From Candidatus Altimarinota bacterium (GTDB taxonomy: Bacteria; Patescibacteriota; Gracilibacteria; 1-14-2-50-48-13), in the NCBI GenBank assembly GCA_046314355.1, contig JBKBWQ010000001.1:896001-960000 (forward strand): DNA of 64,000 nt. Reading direction: 5' to 3'. Below the pieces are notes generated by a model that saw only the letters and a program-made list of their open reading frames with translations, did not search any database and was not told the origin of the DNA. The position numbers were made by a program, and so were the translations under genes. Each line of letters begins with the position of its first letter. The stretch's first letter is position 1. Positions 59,225 through 64,000 of the stretch are shown here, one piece after another.

Positions 59225-60172
59225 ATGAAACTTACAGCAAAACTACCTATTAATTTATCTATTCTCGAAGGAAGTACTTATAAAAAAGATATCTACATGG
59301 ATTTTATAAATAGAAAAGTTTTGGTAACGACTACCATAAATTTTGAGCTTAATAAAGAACATACTCAGGAAGCATATAATGTAGGCTTCTTTAATGATGA
59401 TAAAAGCCTAATGGGACAAACAATATTTGAGATAGATGTCGACTTAACAGAAGAGGAAGAAAAATTATTTGAAACTGAGAGATTCAATAAGATAGGATTT
59501 GATGCAAAAATATTTACTTCAGTAGTGAATGAATTAATTGATTTATATAGGTATAAATCTAAACATTGGTGGATTGAACGTATTTATGAAGATCATATAA
59601 AAGATATATTAGTATCATATAAATATAGTAACTTTATGACCGAGGGAGGTTTTGAAGGAGTATACTCTTCAGACCCTAAAGAAAGAGATAGACTTAAAAA
59701 TAGTATCTCTAATGCCTACCTTCAGAATCAGGAAATTCCTATATTCCTTGAATATCTATTACTTGCTAATAAATATCTCCATTACAAACGGTATGACTTA
59801 GTATCTGTTAATATAAATATTGCACTGGAGAGCTTAATTTACTTAATTTCAAAAGAAGTATTAGGTGATGAACGACATGAAAAATTAGTAGAAGGAGAGC
59901 TATGTAAATGCTGTGAAAGACGAATATACCCAAACTTAAATAAGATTACATCAGAAATAGATACGATACTTCATTATGATCACGATGTTAATAAAGATTT
60001 ATTAAAGAAGATTCAACGACCAAAGGATAGTACACTTAGAAATGATATTACACACGGGCATGTAGTATTTTTAAGCAGGAGTCTGAAGTATGAAGAACAT
60101 GCAAATTTACAGTATGACTCTTTTATAAAGCTTATGAAAATTTACAAGATACAAATAAGTGAATACCTCTAA
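59225..60172 (+). CDS. Putative HEPN-domain (ApeA-like) protein
   Basis: IALES helix and C-terminal RNDITH (R-x4-H). Confidence 0.6.
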   Translation: MKLTAKLPINLSILEGSTYKKDIYMDFINRKVLVTTTINFELNKEHTQEAYNVGFFNDDKSLMGQTIFEIDVDLTEEEEKLFETERFNKIGFDAKIFTSVVNELIDLYRYKSKHWWIERIYEDHIKDILVSYKYSNFMTEGGFEGVYSSDPKERDRLKNSISNAYLQNQEIPIFLEYLLLANKYLHYKRYDLVSVNINIALESLIYLISKEVLGDERHEKLVEGELCKCCERRIYPNLNKITSEIDTILHYDHDVNKDLLKKIQRPKDSTLRNDITHGHVVFLSRSLKYEEHANLQYDSFIKLMKIYKIQISEYL

Positions 60173-60240
60173 TTATTCAAATATAGAATTCAGTACTTAA
60201 ATTTCTTTCTATCATTGATGTAGTATGTTTATATAAAACA

Positions 60241-61020
60241 TTATTCATTAAGCTTATACTTAGTTTGAAGCCGAAAAGTACCAAAAAATTTAATAAATTC
60301 TTCTTTATTTGTATCTATTAATGTGAATAGAGATATTTTCTCATCACTTTTGCATGTTAGTACCTGAATAGTATTTTCTAACATATTTAGAAGAAATACT
60401 GATTTTTGCATTATTCTTTCCCAATTAAAATAAATATAATTTTGAATAATCAGATTTTTTTTGAAATCCTTAGAATAGTACGAAAAAGATGAATTAAAAT
60501 TATTTAACTGAAATGATTCACCCTTATCAGATTGTAGATTTATCACTCCTCCTTGTGAACTTACCATCCTAAATCCATGCTTAAATGCATTGAGTAATTC
60601 AAAGTCTTTTAAATAATCATGAGATATTTCTGATAAGATTGAAAAGTATAAACTTTTCTTTCGATCAAAGTTTTCAATTAGACTTTTATCATTTACACCA
60701 AACACCCAGTTATTAAAGAAATATTTTGTAAATTTATAATAGTTCTTTCTTTCAAGTACTAAATTCAATCTCTTTCTTAGTTGGTTATTACTTAAAAAAA
60801 GATTATTCCACAAATCATTTTCAGTAATAGTAAAAATGTTAATCCAAAAGACTTCTACTAGCTGTAGATGCGTAGTATAAAGTCTTACAGTCCATATCTT
60901 ACGATCTTTTTCGGAGCATGTTTGGAGCTTTTCACTATATAAGTCTAGTGATTCATTCCAACTGGAGAGATCAAAATGTTCGTAATACTCCTTAATACTC
61001 ATTGGAAGCAATTCATCCAT
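60241..61020 (-). CDS. Hypothetical protein, weak HEPN-like motif
   Basis: LNAFKHG. Confidence 0.55.
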   Translation of the reverse strand: MDELLPMSIKEYYEHFDLSSWNESLDLYSEKLQTCSEKDRKIWTVRLYTTHLQLVEVFWINIFTITENDLWNNLFLSNNQLRKRLNLVLERKNYYKFTKYFFNNWVFGVNDKSLIENFDRKKSLYFSILSEISHDYLKDFELLNAFKHGFRMVSSQGGVINLQSDKGESFQLNNFNSSFSYYSKDFKKNLIIQNYIYFNWERIMQKSVFLLNMLENTIQVLTCKSDEKISLFTLIDTNKEEFIKFFGTFRLQTKYKLNE

Positions 61021-61028
61021 AATTTTCG

Positions 61029-61832
61029 TTAGTTTGTCTGAAGTAATATCTGTCCTGAACCATTTAGTTGAGTATTCATTAATAGACTCTTTATCTTTAT
61101 TTGCTCTTGTTTCAGAGCCTCATTCTCTACTTTTAGTTCGTTCATTTCTAAACTAGTAGAATTTTTCATTTGTTCTAATGTCTTAATTCTATTTTGTTGT
61201 TCAATAAATGAAGCGTTATTCTCAATAACAGCTGGATTATTTTTATCTCCAAATGCTAATATAACTGCCCCTAGTAGGATTAACAACAGAGCACCAAATA
61301 AAAATTTAATAATTTCTTCAGGTATCTTAGCCAGTTTCTTACCTTTAATCCAAAACTCAGTTATTAATAGCGATAGTAATACTAGAAAAACTATCCCCCC
61401 AAGCATGATAATAGTTAATCCTCCAATACGCCAAAAATCTGTTACTGCTTTCAGTATCTGAACTTCTATGGAAAAAAATGTAAAGATTGCTACAAAAATA
61501 CCAAGCAGTTCAATCACTCGAATTTTATCATTTTCAATACTATCTTTTTGCTTTTTTAATTCTTGCTTAAATTTTTTATCTTGTATTATTAGAGCTTTGT
61601 CTAATTCAGCTTTAACTTCATTTAGTCTATCTTCTAAATCTCTAATTGCTTTAAGTTTTTCCTGAGTAAGTTGACCAAAAACTGCTTCAATCTTTAATAA
61701 GCTATCTCTCTCAGTTGTAGAAAGAAGAACTCCTGAAGCAATCAGCGTAGGATTTGCAGAATTACCAGAAATCAAGCGATTAGGAGAATTAGGAGATGTG
61801 CCTGCACCAATTATAGGATTGAGCTGAGTCAT
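61029..61832 (-). CDS. Coiled-coil plus 3-TM membrane protein
   Basis: IELLGIFVAIFTFFS TM cluster flanked by coiled coils. Confidence 0.65.
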   Translation of the reverse strand: MTQLNPIIGAGTSPNSPNRLISGNSANPTLIASGVLLSTTERDSLLKIEAVFGQLTQEKLKAIRDLEDRLNEVKAELDKALIIQDKKFKQELKKQKDSIENDKIRVIELLGIFVAIFTFFSIEVQILKAVTDFWRIGGLTIIMLGGIVFLVLLSLLITEFWIKGKKLAKIPEEIIKFLFGALLLILLGAVILAFGDKNNPAVIENNASFIEQQNRIKTLEQMKNSTSLEMNELKVENEALKQEQIKIKSLLMNTQLNGSGQILLQTN

Positions 61833-61837
61833 AATTG

Positions 61838-62635
61838 CTATACTGTTAAATCAGAAGCTGACACTTTATCGGCGGTCTCGGTAGTTGTAGAAGAGTTTTG
61901 AATTGCTTTAACAAAATCAATACTTTCTTTATCTGTATTATCTAGGAAAGTTAAAAATTCTTTTTCTAAAGTAAGCTTTAGATCATCAGTTGGGAAAGTA
62001 TTTATATCAGTAGATAACAACATCAATCTTTTATTATCAGTTGCTGATACAATCCCAGTATTAACTAAATGAGATTTATTAATAAGAACTTCTTTATCAC
62101 CCCAATTAGTTTTACTCTTAGTTAGAAAGTTTAAGGAAATCTCAGAGTCATCATCAAAAGTTATTGGAAGGTTACTATCGTTAAAGATAAATTTTATTCT
62201 TTCATTTCTATTTTGTATATTATGAGAAATATAAGATGAAATGTAACCTAAATTTTTTATACTTAATTCTTGTTTATTTATAAAATTGAACAGTAACGTA
62301 ACTTTATCACGAAAGTCTTTTTTATAATTTGTTTCATTATCAGGTTGATCTTTTACTGTACTGATATTTTCTTCTAACTCTAGTTTATTACTACTATAAG
62401 TAAAAAAATAATTTATATCTAATCTATCCCTTGTTACCTTAAATTCAAAAGTATTTGGTTTGCTAATTATTAACCGAGGAACTTCAGGTGCAACATCATC
62501 AGGTAGAGGTAATAATAATGGTTTCATCTCATCAAATATAGAGATAAAGTCTGATATATATCTGTCAATTGGAAGAGAGTATATATCTAAAAAGAAAATT
62601 AGTTGTAATGAGGCTAGTCGAAATTCTTCCTTCAT
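61838..62635 (-). CDS. Hypothetical protein (TIGR04255-like)
   Basis: LPLPDDVAPEVPRLII ... RLDI ... DINT. Confidence 0.55.
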   Translation of the reverse strand: MKEEFRLASLQLIFFLDIYSLPIDRYISDFISIFDEMKPLLLPLPDDVAPEVPRLIISKPNTFEFKVTRDRLDINYFFTYSSNKLELEENISTVKDQPDNETNYKKDFRDKVTLLFNFINKQELSIKNLGYISSYISHNIQNRNERIKFIFNDSNLPITFDDDSEISLNFLTKSKTNWGDKEVLINKSHLVNTGIVSATDNKRLMLLSTDINTFPTDDLKLTLEKEFLTFLDNTDKESIDFVKAIQNSSTTTETADKVSASDLTV

Positions 62636-62801
62636 AATATATAGCTTTATATAATTGCATTTATTGAGAACACCCTAGCATAAGAATATATAAATTCATA
62701 CAGAATTTTAGCTATGAGAATGTAAATCTATACATATCTAATATGACCTATTGCTCTCATATCCTCAACAAAAGAGTTCCAACTTACATCCAGTTGGCTC
62801 A

Positions 62802-62950
62802 CCATTCTTCGCTTCTCACGAAGCTACGAATGGCACGGCCAGAATGGAATGAATCTTCGCAAGCGAAGATTTTATAATATATAGCGAAGAATGTCCCTCG
62901 TAGCCTACTCAAAACTGTAAGTTGCTTGTTCATTGTGGCGTAGAGGGATG
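62802..62950 (+). repeat. Multi-hairpin element, likely the native tRNA-Glu trailer displaced by the island
   Basis: CCATTC ... GAATGG-CACGGCC; AATCTTCGC-AA-GCGAAGATT; TCCCTC ... GAGGGA. Confidence 0.6.
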
Positions 62951-63215
62951 CCCAATCATAAAGCATTGATGTATTTTTGTACCCTGATGAGTCTATCACA
63001 GTTCTTTTTATAATATACACCGTAAAAAAATTTATCCCTAACTACTAAGTACCCCCACTATCACTCACACTCTGAGCCCTCAGAACACTACTCCCCACAC
63101 GTCCCCTCTTTTAAAAACTCCTTTGTTTTTAATCTGGCTATGCTATACTTCCCCTGTCAAGATACAAACAAATGGTAGAGAAATACCCTCTTACGTTCTC
63201 ACGCCATACTACTAC

Positions 63216-63443
63216 ATGATAGATATCCTCGTTCTATTCATTGCATGGATTGCAGCTATTATCGGCTGTGTTTTTTCACTGCATCGCGTCAACCAATACA
63301 TCACAAAATACCGTTTGTTGGAGACTCAAAGGTCTCTTCTTTTTGGTAAAGTGCATCTTAGACATATTAAAAAAATTTATGTAGGCTTTCTGATACTTAT
63401 TGGCATATTCATCTGTCTTTATTTCATCCTCTTTTTGTTTTAA
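63216..63443 (+). CDS. Small 2-TM protein
   Basis: MIDILVLFIAW ... two hydrophobic segments. Confidence 0.55.
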   Translation: MIDILVLFIAWIAAIIGCVFSLHRVNQYITKYRLLETQRSLLFGKVHLRHIKKIYVGFLILIGIFICLYFILFLF

Positions 63444-63445
63444 TT

Positions 63446-64000
63446 ATGTCTGAAAATATTACGTACCCTATAAAGCATTTTAGAGGTCAGACCCAGGATG
63501 AGAGGGTTATTCTTTTTTTTAGAAAACACTGGATTGTACTCCTGAAGTACTTCTTTTACGGATTACTTGCGGTATTTGTCTTCATAGCAAATGTAGTCAT
63601 AGTCTTTGTAACTATAAGTAATGCAAATCTTGAGACCGCATATCCTATCCGTATCTATCTGACCATCTCGACACTTCTTCTTTTAATCTTTGCTGCATAT
63701 ATTTTTACAAATCTTATCAACTATTATCTCGATATTGTCATTATTACAAATATGCGGGTAGTGGAAGTACATAAGACTATTTTCTTTCAGAATAAGGTCT
63801 CCGGCGTAGATCTGAGTAATATTCATGATATTAGAGCAGAAAAAGAAGGCTTTATCTCAAATAGTCTTAGTTTTGGAAATATCATCCTCTCCTCTCACAC
63901 TACCAATTTTGAGAAAACACTTACAGCGATACCCACTCCCCATTATTATGCGGATATTCTTTCAAAACTAAAACATGGGAATATTGTCATAGATAGTATA
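63446..64000 (+). CDS. Membrane protein with bacterial PH (bPH_2) domain, truncated by window end
   Basis: MSENITYP ... FRKHWIVL ... IITNMRVV ... FGNIIL. Confidence 0.75.
   Translation, partial: MSENITYPIKHFRGQTQDERVILFFRKHWIVLLKYFFYGLLAVFVFIANVVIVFVTISNANLETAYPIRIYLTISTLLLLIFAAYIFTNLINYYLDIVIITNMRVVEVHKTIFFQNKVSGVDLSNIHDIRAEKEGFISNSLSFGNIILSSHTTNFEKTLTAIPTPHYYADILSKLKHGNIVIDSI

Larger units (their letters stand above)
55987..62804. mobile_element. Integrated island (~6.8 kb) in the tRNA-Glu 3' end, large serine recombinase type
   Basis: TCACCA at 55987-55992 and 62799-62804; reconstructed attP CAGTTGG-c-TC-a-CCAACTG; visibly more AT-rich cargo. Confidence 0.8.

Noticed and set aside
55987-62804. 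Prophage or ICE
   Set aside because: No structural, replication, relaxase or conjugation genes are recognisable.
62984-63005. Hammerhead ribozyme (CTGATGAGTC)
   Set aside because: No stem II partner or GAAA motif.
62799-63020. 73-aa ORF
   Set aside because: Spans the hairpin trailer and attR with no protein-like features.
1-64000. Alternative genetic code 25 (TGA=Gly)
   Set aside because: Very long Gly-rich ORFs contain no in-frame TGA, and TGA ends genes such as the RelE toxin.

Overview
AT-rich bacterial chromosomal window read in the standard code 11. Many SLH-anchored surface proteins, weak Shine-Dalgarno use and structured tRNA trailers suggest a Patescibacteria/CPR organism (Peregrinibacteria/Abawacabacteria-like; this is inference). 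Core genes are lepA, rpsO, sfsA, mpg, tRNA-Gln(TTG) and tRNA-Glu(CTC). Accessory content includes an ArsR operon with six tandem SRPBCC genes, two type II TA pairs, a PadR-PspC stress operon, five SLH proteins, a 2460-aa Ig-repeat adhesin and an SBP/SpoIIE pair. Four highlights. (1) A ~6.8-kb large-serine-recombinase island sits in the 3' end of tRNA-Glu, with its att site inside the recombinase gene, so integration or excision swaps the enzyme's C-terminal tail; it carries a structured ncRNA candidate and HEPN-like cargo. (2) A cohesin-like/SLH anchor gene lies directly upstream of a giant adhesin ending in a dockerin-like motif. (3) An integrase-less two-gene cassette appears to have replaced the 3' end of an MFS gene. 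(4) Both tRNAs share a CCA-sequestering trailer hairpin. All family calls come from motif recognition by eye; no database searches were run.
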